DNA from: Eubacteriales bacterium | GTDB lineage: Bacteria; Bacillota; Clostridia; Oscillospirales; CAG-272 | Reading direction: 5' to 3' | Assembly: GCA_045633625.1 (NCBI GenBank) | Contig: JAZQYP010000065.1 | Coordinates: forward strand, 135,665 to 199,664 | DNA length: 64,000 nt | Shown: one piece after another, positions 17,146 to 25,900 of the stretch | Position numbering within the stretch: the first letter of the stretch is position 1 | Layout of the letters: each line of letters starts with the position of its first letter | The notes under the pieces: model-generated | What the model was told of the DNA's origin: nothing | The model's input: the letters and a program-made list of their open reading frames with translations, nothing else | Database searches by the model: none | Made by a program: the position numbers and the translations under genes

Positions 17146-18372
17146 ATGGAAAAGAAGGATATCAAAAAGGTTGTTCTTGCGTACTCGGGCGGACTTGATA
17201 CGTCCATCATCATTCCGTGGCTCAAGGAGAATTATAATAACTGCGAGGTCATCGCTGTAAGCGGTAACGTAGGTCAGGCGGACGAGCTTGAGGGTCTTGA
17301 GGAAAAGGCTATAAAGACGGGTGCGTCGAAGTGCTACGTTGAGGATCTTACCGAGGAATTTATTGACGATTACGTAATCCCCACCGTTATGGCGGGTGCT
17401 AAATATGAGGAGTACCTTCTCGGTACCTCCTTTGCTCGTCCCGTTATTGCAAAGCGTATCGTAGAGATCGCAAAGGCAGAGGGCGCTGACGCTATCTGCC
17501 ACGGTTGTACGGGTAAGGGAAACGATCAGGTTCGTTTCGAGCTTACAATTAAAGCATTCGCACCCGATATGCACATTATCGCGCCTTGGCGTGAGTGGGA
17601 CATCAAGTCCCGTGAGGAGGAGATAGAGTATGCGGAGGCGCATAACGTTCCTCTTAAGATAAACCGTGAGACTAACTACTCGAAGGATAAGAATATGTGG
17701 CACCTCTCTCACGAGGGACTCGATCTTGAGGATGCAGGAAACGAGCCTCTTTACGAGAAGGAGGGCTTTCTTGAGATGGGCGTATCTCCCATTCAGGCAC
17801 CCGACGAGCCTACGTACATAACTCTTGATTTTGAGGCGGGTCGTCCCGTTGCCTTTAACGGCGAGAAGATGAGTGCTAAGGATATCATACTTGAGCTCAA
17901 TAAGGTTGGCGGAGCTAACGGAATAGGACTTCTCGATATCGTCGAGAACCGTCTTGTAGGTATGAAGTGCCGCGGTGTTTACGAGACTCCCGGCGGAGCT
18001 ATCCTTTACTTTGCTCACAACTACCTTGAGACTCTTTGTCTTGATAAGTACACCGCACACAAGAAGGCGGAGCTTTCTATAACCTTTGCTGATCTCGTTT
18101 ATAACGGTCAGTGGTTCACACCTCTTCGTGAGGCTCTTTCGGCGTTCGTTGATAAGACTCAGGAGAACGTAACCGGCAAGGTTAGAATCAAGCTTTACAA
18201 GGGTAATATGATAAAGGCAGGAGCTTGGAGCGATTACTCTCTCTACAGCGAGGAGATCGCAACCTTTGGTGAGGACAACGTATACAATCAGGCAGATGCT
18301 GCCGGATTTATCAACCTCTTTGGTCTTCCCATAAAGGTTCAGGCTCAGGTCAATAAGAAGAACGGAAAATAA
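17146..18372 (+). CDS. argG: argininosuccinate synthase
   Basis: [22 protein letters not shown]; 408 aa. Confidence 0.95.
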   Translation: MEKKDIKKVVLAYSGGLDTSIIIPWLKENYNNCEVIAVSGNVGQADELEGLEEKAIKTGASKCYVEDLTEEFIDDYVIPTVMAGAKYEEYLLGTSFARPVIAKRIVEIAKAEGADAICHGCTGKGNDQVRFELTIKAFAPDMHIIAPWREWDIKSREEEIEYAEAHNVPLKINRETNYSKDKNMWHLSHEGLDLEDAGNEPLYEKEGFLEMGVSPIQAPDEPTYITLDFEAGRPVAFNGEKMSAKDIILELNKVGGANGIGLLDIVENRLVGMKCRGVYETPGGAILYFAHNYLETLCLDKYTAHKKAELSITFADLVYNGQWFTPLREALSAFVDKTQENVTGKVRIKLYKGNMIKAGAWSDYSLYSEEIATFGEDNVYNQADAAGFINLFGLPIKVQAQVNKKNGK

Positions 18373-18434
18373 TCCTAAAGGAGAACTTTGCCTACCGCGC
18401 AAAAGCGCGGTGGGCAAACTGTGTATAAATAGCT

Positions 18435-19808
18435 ATGGAAAAAATGTGGTCGGGAAGGTTTTCTAAGGCGCTTGACAGCGTTGCAGACGACTTCAATTCT
18501 TCAATTCACTTCGACAGCAGAATGTATGAGCAGGACATAAAGGGCTCGCTCGCGCACGCATCGATGCTTGCTATGCAGGGGATAATCACCGAGAGTGATC
18601 TTGATGCGATAAGCGAGGGTCTTAAGTCAATACTCGACGATATAAAGAGTGGAGTGCTTGAGATAGATATGGCGGCTGAGGACATACATATGTTCGTTGA
18701 GGGAGAGCTTACGAAGCGCATCGGTGACGTCGGCAAAAAGCTCCATACAGCGCGTAGCCGTAACGATCAGGTGGCACTTGATATAAGACTTTATCTGCGC
18801 GATAAGTGTGATGAGATAGTAGAGCTCACAAAGGAGCTTATCGTGGCAGTGACCGACAAGGCAGAGGAAAATAAGACGGTAATTATGCCGGGATATACTC
18901 ATCTGCAAAGAGCACAGCCGATAATATTCGGTCATCAGCTTATGGCATATTCTATGATGCTCCTTCGCGATATAGGCAGAATTGAGGACGCAAAGAAGAG
19001 AATGAATCTCTCGCCCCTCGGCTCGTGCGCGCTTGCGGGAACGACGTATAACACAAACAGAGAGCTTGTTGCAGAGAAGCTCGGCTTTGACGGAATCACA
19101 CTCAACAGTATTGACGGAGTTTCAGATAGAGACTTCTGCCTTGAGCTTATGAGCGCATTCTCGATACTTATGATGCACCTCTCGCGCTTTTCGGAGGAGA
19201 TCATCCTCTGGTCGAGCTGGGAATTCAAGTTCATAGAGCTTGACGACGCGTACACCACGGGCTCGTCCATTATGCCCCAGAAGAAGAATCCCGATATGGC
19301 GGAGTTAGTTAGAGGTAAGACGGGCAGAGTTTACGGCGATCTTATGGCGCTTCTCACGACCCTTAAGGGACTCCCCCTTGCATACAACAAGGATATGCAG
19401 GAGGATAAGGAGGCAATTTTTGATGCGGTCGATACCGTAATTATGTGTCTTAAGGTCTTTACACCTATGATCGCAACGATGAGTGTCCGTGCCGATAATA
19501 TGTACCGCGCGGCGCAGAATGGATTTATAAACGCGACCGATCTTGCTGACTACCTCGTGAAGCGTGGAATGCCCTTCAGGAGCGCGTATAAGGTGGTCGG
19601 TCAGATAGTGGCGCGTTGCATTGAAGAAAAATGCGTGCTTGACGATCTGTCTCTTGAAAAATACAGAGAGCACAGTGAGCTTTTCGAAAATGATCTTTAC
19701 GAGGATATCTCACTTGAGACCTGCGTAAAAAAGAGAATTTCGGCAGGCGGCACGTCGCAGGAGTCGGTCGAGGCGCAGATAGTATACGTAAGAAACGAAT
19801 TAAAGTAA
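18435..19808 (+). CDS. argH: argininosuccinate lyase
   Basis: MWSGRF, GYTHLQRAQP, GSSIMPQKKNPD. The start could be 18435 or 18444. Confidence 0.95.
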   Translation: MEKMWSGRFSKALDSVADDFNSSIHFDSRMYEQDIKGSLAHASMLAMQGIITESDLDAISEGLKSILDDIKSGVLEIDMAAEDIHMFVEGELTKRIGDVGKKLHTARSRNDQVALDIRLYLRDKCDEIVELTKELIVAVTDKAEENKTVIMPGYTHLQRAQPIIFGHQLMAYSMMLLRDIGRIEDAKKRMNLSPLGSCALAGTTYNTNRELVAEKLGFDGITLNSIDGVSDRDFCLELMSAFSILMMHLSRFSEEIILWSSWEFKFIELDDAYTTGSSIMPQKKNPDMAELVRGKTGRVYGDLMALLTTLKGLPLAYNKDMQEDKEAIFDAVDTVIMCLKVFTPMIATMSVRADNMYRAAQNGFINATDLADYLVKRGMPFRSAYKVVGQIVARCIEEKCVLDDLSLEKYREHSELFENDLYEDISLETCVKKRISAGGTSQESVEAQIVYVRNELK

Positions 19809-19840
19809 AATATACAAATGACATACGGAGGTAAAGTGAA

Positions 19841-20746
19841 ATGAAACATTTGCTGAAGCTTCAGGATCTTAGCGAGCAGGAGATACTTGATATCCTTGAT
19901 CTTGCGGACAAGCTGAAGTATGAGAGAAAAAACGGAATCAAGCACCACGTTCTTGAGGGAAAGACACTCGGAATGATCTTTGAGAAGTCGTCGACGAGAA
20001 CGAGAGTTTCCTTTGAGGTCGGTATGTACGATCTCGGAGGCACGGCGCTCTTCCTTTCATCGCGCGATCTTCAGATAGGACGCGGCGAGCCCGTGGAGGA
20101 TACTGCAAGAGTTCTTTCGCGTTACCTTGACGGAATAATGATAAGAACCTTTGATCAGGAGGAGGTCGAGTCTCTCGCTTCCTGCGGTCAGATCCCGATA
20201 ATCAACGGACTTACCGACTACTGTCATCCCTGTCAGGTCCTTGCCGATCTTATGACTATAAGAGAGCATAAGGGCGAGATAGCGGGCAAGAAGCTCTGCT
20301 ACATCGGTGACGGAAATAATATGACAAACTCCCTTATCGTTGGCGGTATCAAGATGGGAATGAGCGTGTCTGTCGCTTGTCCCAAGGGATATGAGCCCGA
20401 TGCGAAGATAATGGAGTGGGCAGCGGCTACGGGAAGATTTACTTGCACAGATAACGTACTTGAGGCTGCAAAGGATGCAGACGTCCTTTATACTGACGTA
20501 TGGGCTTCCATGGGTCAGGAGGAAGAGGCAGAAGCACGTAAGAAAGTATTCCGTGGTTACCAGATTAACAGTGACGTTATGGCAGTTGCGGCTAAGGACG
20601 CAATGGTGCTCCACTGTTTGCCTGCGCACAGAGGCGAGGAGATAACCGCTGACGTGCTCGAGGCTCACGCTGATGAAATTTTTGACGAGGCAGAAAACAG
20701 GCTTCATGCGCAGAAGGCAGTGCTTGTCAAGTGTCTCGGAGAGTGA
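19841..20746 (+). CDS. argF: ornithine carbamoyltransferase
   Basis: SSTRTRVSFE, HPCQVLADL, HCLPAHRGEE. GGAGG RBS. Confidence 0.9.
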   Translation: MKHLLKLQDLSEQEILDILDLADKLKYERKNGIKHHVLEGKTLGMIFEKSSTRTRVSFEVGMYDLGGTALFLSSRDLQIGRGEPVEDTARVLSRYLDGIMIRTFDQEEVESLASCGQIPIINGLTDYCHPCQVLADLMTIREHKGEIAGKKLCYIGDGNNMTNSLIVGGIKMGMSVSVACPKGYEPDAKIMEWAAATGRFTCTDNVLEAAKDADVLYTDVWASMGQEEEAEARKKVFRGYQINSDVMAVAAKDAMVLHCLPAHRGEEITADVLEAHADEIFDEAENRLHAQKAVLVKCLGE

Positions 20747-20755
20747 GGTTAATAT

Positions 20756-21817
20756 ATGAAAAAAGCTTATCTTGTGCTTGAAGACGGTCACGTCTTCGAG
20801 GGATTTTCCTTCGGTGCCGAGGGAAAATGTGTAGGCGAGCTCGTTTTTAACACGCAGACGGTGGGATATAACGAAGCGCTTACAGACCCCGCTTATTATG
20901 GGCAGATCATTATGCAGACCTTCCCGATGATAGGCAATTACGGAGTTATTGAGGAGGATTTTGTCGGTACACCGCGCGTCAGCGGATATGTGGTGCGTGA
21001 GTGGTGCGAGAAGCCCTCGAACTTCAGAAGTCAGTATGACATCGATAAGTTCTTAAAGGATCACGGAATCCCCGGAATTTATGGCGTCGACACAAGACAG
21101 ATCACAAAGATCCTTCGCGAGAACGGCGTTATGAATGCTTGCATCTCTTCTGAAATTCCTTCAAATTTCGATGAGATCAAGACCTTTAGGATCAAGGACG
21201 CGGTCGCAGCTTGCTCGGTTACCGAGGAGAAGGTGTACGAGGCTGAGGGCGACAAGAAATACGAGGTAACACTCGTTGATTACGGCTCACATACCGATGC
21301 CGTGAAGGCGCTTACCGAGAGAGGTTGCCGTGTAACTGTAGTTCCTTACAATACGACGGCTGATGCGATACTCGCAAAGAAGCCCGACGGTGTTCTTCTT
21401 TCAAACGGTGCGGGCGACCCTGCTGAGAACGGCGCTTGCATCGGTGAGATAAAGGCTCTTATGGGCAAGTGCGCTATGTTCGGCATATCCCTCGGACACG
21501 AGCTTATGGCTCTCGCCGATGGCGGTATGACGTACAAGCTCAAGTACGGTCATAGAGGCTCTAATCAGCCTGTACGTGAGGCAGAGGGAACAAAGACCTA
21601 TATTACCGCGCAGAACCACGGCTATGCAGTAGCTTCCGATAGCACGGCTCACGGTAAGGTAAGCTATATCAACGTAAACGATAAGAGCTGTGAGGGAATT
21701 GAGTACGAGGGACTTCGTGCTTTCTCGGTACAGTTCTTGCCCGATAACTGGAAGGGCCAGAGAGGTACGGCCTTCCTTTATGACAAATTTATAGAAATGA
21801 TGGGAGGAGAGAGATAA
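20756..21817 (+). CDS. carA: carbamoyl-phosphate synthase small subunit homologue with degenerate glutaminase triad
   Basis: Collinear with CarA throughout (LEDG..F.G, VFNT...GY.E.LTDP.Y, TAQNHGYAV). However, FGICLGHQ reads FGISLGHE and QGHPE reads QFLPD. Confidence 0.85.
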   Translation: MKKAYLVLEDGHVFEGFSFGAEGKCVGELVFNTQTVGYNEALTDPAYYGQIIMQTFPMIGNYGVIEEDFVGTPRVSGYVVREWCEKPSNFRSQYDIDKFLKDHGIPGIYGVDTRQITKILRENGVMNACISSEIPSNFDEIKTFRIKDAVAACSVTEEKVYEAEGDKKYEVTLVDYGSHTDAVKALTERGCRVTVVPYNTTADAILAKKPDGVLLSNGAGDPAENGACIGEIKALMGKCAMFGISLGHELMALADGGMTYKLKYGHRGSNQPVREAEGTKTYITAQNHGYAVASDSTAHGKVSYINVNDKSCEGIEYEGLRAFSVQFLPDNWKGQRGTAFLYDKFIEMMGGER

Positions 21818-24800
21818 TGCCGCTTAATAAGGATATTAAAAAGGTACTCGTAATTGGCTCCGGCCCCATCGTCATCGGTCAGGCGGCAGAGTTTGACTAC
21901 GCGGGTGCGCAGGCGTGCCGCGTGCTCAAGGAGGCAGGACTCAACGTAGTACTCGTTAACTCTAACCCTGCTACCATTATGACCGACAGCGCGCTCGCTG
22001 ACGAAATATATCTTGAGCCTCTTACTGTTGAGACGGTAAAGAGAATAATCGAGAAGGAAAAGCCCGACTCGATCCTCGCAGGACTTGGAGGACAGACAGG
22101 ACTTACCATCGCTATGCAGCTCAACCACGAGGGCTTCCTCAAGAGCCACAACGTGCGTCTTCTCGGTACAAATGCCGAGGCAATAGATAAGGCAGAGGAC
22201 CGTCAGCTCTTCAAGGACACTATGGAAGAGATCGGTCAGCCCTGTATTCCTTCCGATATCGCAAACGACGTACATACCGCACTTGTTATCGCGGGTAAGA
22301 TAGGCTATCCTGTAATCATTCGTCCCGCATTCACACTTGGTGGCGCGGGCGGCGGTGTTGCCAACAACCCCGAGGAGCTTGCGATCGTCGCAAAGACGGG
22401 ACTTGACGCATCTCCCATAAGCCAGATACTCGTTGAGAAATACATCTTTGGATGGAAAGAGATCGAGTTCGAGACGATGCGTGACTCGGCAGGAAACGTA
22501 ATCGCCGTTTGTAGCATGGAGAACTTTGACCCCGTTGGAATCCACACGGGTGACTCTATCGTTGTAGCTCCCGCACTCACACTTTCGCCTAAGGAGTATC
22601 AGATGCTCCGTACCGCATCCCTTGAGATAATCTCGGCGCTCGGTATCGTCGGCGGATGTAACTGTCAGTTCGCGCTCAATCCGAATAGCTTTGAGTATGC
22701 CGTAATCGAGGTTAACCCCAGAGTTTCTCGTTCCTCGGCACTTGCAAGTAAGGCAACGGGATACCCGATAGCTAAGATCACATCAAAGATAGCTCTCGGT
22801 TATACGCTTGACGAGATAATGAACGATATTACAGGCAAGACCTGTGCGTGCTTTGAGCCCGCAGTTGACTACGTCGTTGTCAAGATGCCCAAGTGGCCCT
22901 TTGAGAAGTTCACCAATGCCAGCCGTGTGCTCGGCACACAGATGAAGGCAACGGGCGAGGTAATGTCGATAGGCACCTCCTTTGAGGCGGCTATGATGAA
23001 GGCGGTAAGAGGAGCAGAGATATCTCTTGATACTCTCAATGCCGCTCCCATATCGGACAAGCCCCTCCTTGAGAGACTTGCTATTTCCGACGACCGCAGA
23101 CTCTTCACTGTTTTTGAGGCACTCAAGGCAGGTATTGATATAGAAACGATCTATAACATAACGCGTATCGACCGTTGGTTCCTCAATAAGCTTATGAATC
23201 TCGTTGACTTTGAGAACGATCTCATTGAGAACGGACTTGGCCTTGAGGAGTACAGAAAGGGAAAGAAGCTCGGTTACACCGATAAGGTGCTTACTCGCCT
23301 TGGCGGTAACGAGGATATCCCGAAGCTTCGCGCTTCCTACAAGATGGTTGACACTTGTGCCGCTGAGTTTGACGCAAAGACACCTTACTTCTACTCGACC
23401 TATGATAAGGACTGCGAGTCTCGCACCTTCTCAAGAAGTGGCAAGCCCGTAATCCTTGTTCTTGGCTCAGGACCTATCCGTATAGGACAGGGAATTGAGT
23501 TCGACTACTCGTCAGTTCACTGCGTATGGGCACTCAAGAAGCTCGGCTACGACGTTGTTATCGTCAACAATAACCCCGAGTCCGTTTCTACCGACTACGA
23601 TACGGCAGACAGACTTTATTTTGAGCCTCTCACTCCCGAGGACGTTATGAACATCATCGAGATAGAGAAGCCCGTTGGAGTCGTTGTTGCCTTTGGTGGA
23701 CAGACGGCAATAAAGCTTACCAAGTTCCTCGATGATAACGGAATCAAGATCCTCGGTACTTCAGCAGAGGGAATTGACACCGCAGAGGACAGAGAAAAGT
23801 TCGATGCGCTCCTTGAAAAGTTCAATATCAAGCGTCCCGCAGGTGCCGGAGTTATGACTACAAACGAGGCACTTGAGGCCGCTAATAGCATCGGCTACCC
23901 CGTATTGCTTCGTCCCTCTTACGTTATAGGTGGACAGAATATGTCTATCGTTTATAACGATACAGAGGTAAGAGCATATATGACGAGAATTCTCTCGACA
24001 GGCATTGAGAATCCCGTTCTCGTTGACAAGTACATGAAGGGAACAGAGCTTGAGGTTGACGTAATCTCCGACGGTAAGGACGTTCTTATCCCCGGAGTTA
24101 TGCAGCACGTTGAGCGCGCGGGAGTTCACAGCGGTGACTCTATCGCGGTATATCCTCCCTTCAACATAAACGACAAGATGCTTGAGACGGTTGTCGAGTC
24201 CTCGACAAAGCTCGCTTTGGCGCTTGGAACAAAGGGACTTGTAAATATTCAGTACCTCATCTGGCGCAACGAGCTTTACGTTATCGAGGTTAACCCCCGT
24301 GCGTCGAGAACGATTCCTTACATCAGTAAGGTAACGGGAGTTCCTATGGTCGACCTTGCAACTAAGGTTATGATAGGCGAGCCTCTTGCTGATCTCGGCT
24401 ACGGCACAGGTCTTTACAAGACTCCTCCTTACTTTGCGGTTAAGGTTCCCGTATTCTCCTTCGAGAAGCTTACAGATGCTAACTCCTACCTTGGACCTGA
24501 GATGAAGTCCACGGGTGAGGTGCTTGGTCTTGGAAGCAATCTTCAGGAGGCAATTTTCAAGGGAATGACATCTGCAGGCTTCAAGATAAAGGTTCCCACT
24601 CCCGGTTCTGACGTCGGTGTGTTCATCAGCGTTGACGAGCATGATCTCAAGGAGATCGTATCCCTTGCAAAGAAGCTCGACGACCTTGGAATGAAGATCT
24701 ACGCGACAAGAGACACGGCACGCGCTATCGAGGGACTCGGTATCGACGTTCGTACGGTCAGAGGCATCAATGATAGCCGTGATGCGTTCGATCTTATCGA

Positions 24801-25851
24801 GGACGGACTTATCAGCTATATCGTTTACACGGGCGCGCTCTTTAGCACAACGATAGACGATTATATCGCGCTTCACCACAAGGCGCTTCAGCACTCGGTC
24901 GCTTGCCTTACGTCGCTTGATACGGCAAATGCACTTGCAGACGTTATTGCAAGCCGTTACAACCAGCAGAACACCGAGCTCGTTGACATCAACGATATGA
25001 GAAGCGAGCCTCGTAAGCTTAAGTTCTCTAAGATGCAGGGAACGGGAGACGACTATATCTTCATCGAGAACTTCGAAGGCAAGATCACTTGTCCCGAGTC
25101 GCTCTGCCTTACCTTCTGTGACAGACATTACGGTATTGGCGGTAACGGAATCGTGCTTATGGAGAAGTCGGACGTGGCTGATGCTAAGATGCGAATCTTC
25201 AACCGCGACGGTAGTGAAGGCAAGATGGCAGGTAACTGTATCCGCTGCGTTGGTAAGTACCTCTACGATAATAAGCTTGTTGAGAGCGACAAGATGACTA
25301 TCGAGACGGGAAGCGGTGTTAAGAGACTCAAGGTCTACACGCGTAATGGCAAGGTGACCTCGGTAAGAGTTCATATGGGTGCTGCAAGTATTCTTACAAA
25401 GAATATTCCTACTACCATCAAGGAAGAGAGAATCGTTAACTATCCTCTCACCGTTGGTGGCAAGGATTATAAGATAACCTGCGTTTCGACGGGTAACCCC
25501 CACTGCGTAGTATTTACCGATTACGTTGACGGCGTCAAGGTAAAGCAGATCGGTCCTATGTTCGAGAATGCAAGCGTATTCCCTGAGAGAATAAACACAG
25601 AGTTCATTCGTGTTGTCAACCCCACCACCATCAAGATGCGTGTCTGGGAGAGAGGTAACGGAGAGACACTCGCGTGCGGTACAGGAGCTTGCGCGGCAGT
25701 CGTTGCGGCTGTTGAGAACGGCTTCTGCAAGATGGGCGAGGACATAACCGTTAAGCTTCGCGGCGGTGACCTTATCGTAAACTATACAGAGGATGACGTG
25801 ACCCTCACGGGTAACGCCGAGCTTGTGTATAGCGGCGAGATTGAGATCTAA
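21817..25851 (+). CDS. carB: carbamoyl-phosphate synthase large subunit fused in frame to a DapF-like (diaminopimelate epimerase fold) domain
   Basis: 1344 aa. Residues 1-~1060 are a full CarB: two GSGP(I)xIGQ..EFDY ATP-grasp halves and an MGS-like tail. Residues 1061-1344 carry KMQGTGDDY, STGNPHCVVF, ERGNGETLACGTGACA. The start overlaps the carA stop (TAATG). Confidence 0.9.
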   Translation: MPLNKDIKKVLVIGSGPIVIGQAAEFDYAGAQACRVLKEAGLNVVLVNSNPATIMTDSALADEIYLEPLTVETVKRIIEKEKPDSILAGLGGQTGLTIAMQLNHEGFLKSHNVRLLGTNAEAIDKAEDRQLFKDTMEEIGQPCIPSDIANDVHTALVIAGKIGYPVIIRPAFTLGGAGGGVANNPEELAIVAKTGLDASPISQILVEKYIFGWKEIEFETMRDSAGNVIAVCSMENFDPVGIHTGDSIVVAPALTLSPKEYQMLRTASLEIISALGIVGGCNCQFALNPNSFEYAVIEVNPRVSRSSALASKATGYPIAKITSKIALGYTLDEIMNDITGKTCACFEPAVDYVVVKMPKWPFEKFTNASRVLGTQMKATGEVMSIGTSFEAAMMKAVRGAEISLDTLNAAPISDKPLLERLAISDDRRLFTVFEALKAGIDIETIYNITRIDRWFLNKLMNLVDFENDLIENGLGLEEYRKGKKLGYTDKVLTRLGGNEDIPKLRASYKMVDTCAAEFDAKTPYFYSTYDKDCESRTFSRSGKPVILVLGSGPIRIGQGIEFDYSSVHCVWALKKLGYDVVIVNNNPESVSTDYDTADRLYFEPLTPEDVMNIIEIEKPVGVVVAFGGQTAIKLTKFLDDNGIKILGTSAEGIDTAEDREKFDALLEKFNIKRPAGAGVMTTNEALEAANSIGYPVLLRPSYVIGGQNMSIVYNDTEVRAYMTRILSTGIENPVLVDKYMKGTELEVDVISDGKDVLIPGVMQHVERAGVHSGDSIAVYPPFNINDKMLETVVESSTKLALALGTKGLVNIQYLIWRNELYVIEVNPRASRTIPYISKVTGVPMVDLATKVMIGEPLADLGYGTGLYKTPPYFAVKVPVFSFEKLTDANSYLGPEMKSTGEVLGLGSNLQEAIFKGMTSAGFKIKVPTPGSDVGVFISVDEHDLKEIVSLAKKLDDLGMKIYATRDTARAIEGLGIDVRTVRGINDSRDAFDLIEDGLISYIVYTGALFSTTIDDYIALHHKALQHSVACLTSLDTANALADVIASRYNQQNTELVDINDMRSEPRKLKFSKMQGTGDDYIFIENFEGKITCPESLCLTFCDRHYGIGGNGIVLMEKSDVADAKMRIFNRDGSEGKMAGNCIRCVGKYLYDNKLVESDKMTIETGSGVKRLKVYTRNGKVTSVRVHMGAASILTKNIPTTIKEERIVNYPLTVGGKDYKITCVSTGNPHCVVFTDYVDGVKVKQIGPMFENASVFPERINTEFIRVVNPTTIKMRVWERGNGETLACGTGACAAVVAAVENGFCKMGEDITVKLRGGDLIVNYTEDDVTLTGNAELVYSGEIEI

Positions 25852-25861
25852 ATAAAAAACA

Positions 25862-25892
25862 AACCGTGTGTCCGAAAGGACACACGGTTTTT
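25862..25892. terminator. bidirectional rho-independent terminator
   Basis: aaccgtgtgtcc-gaaa-ggacacacggtt followed by ttt, with an A-run upstream. Confidence 0.9.
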
Positions 25893-25900
25893 AGTTTAAT

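Noticed and set aside
18377-18431. SD-like AAAGGAG + TTG + 14-codon mini-ORF (MPTAQKRGGQTVYK) between argG and argH, considered as a leader peptide
   Set aside because: It has only one Arg codon and no terminator/antiterminator alternative. The segment is better explained as an intercistronic stem-loop (18390-18415) without a T-run.
23761-25503. 580-aa ORF on the - strand
   Set aside because: It is the antisense shadow of carB::dapF, with the same codon-aligned frame logic.
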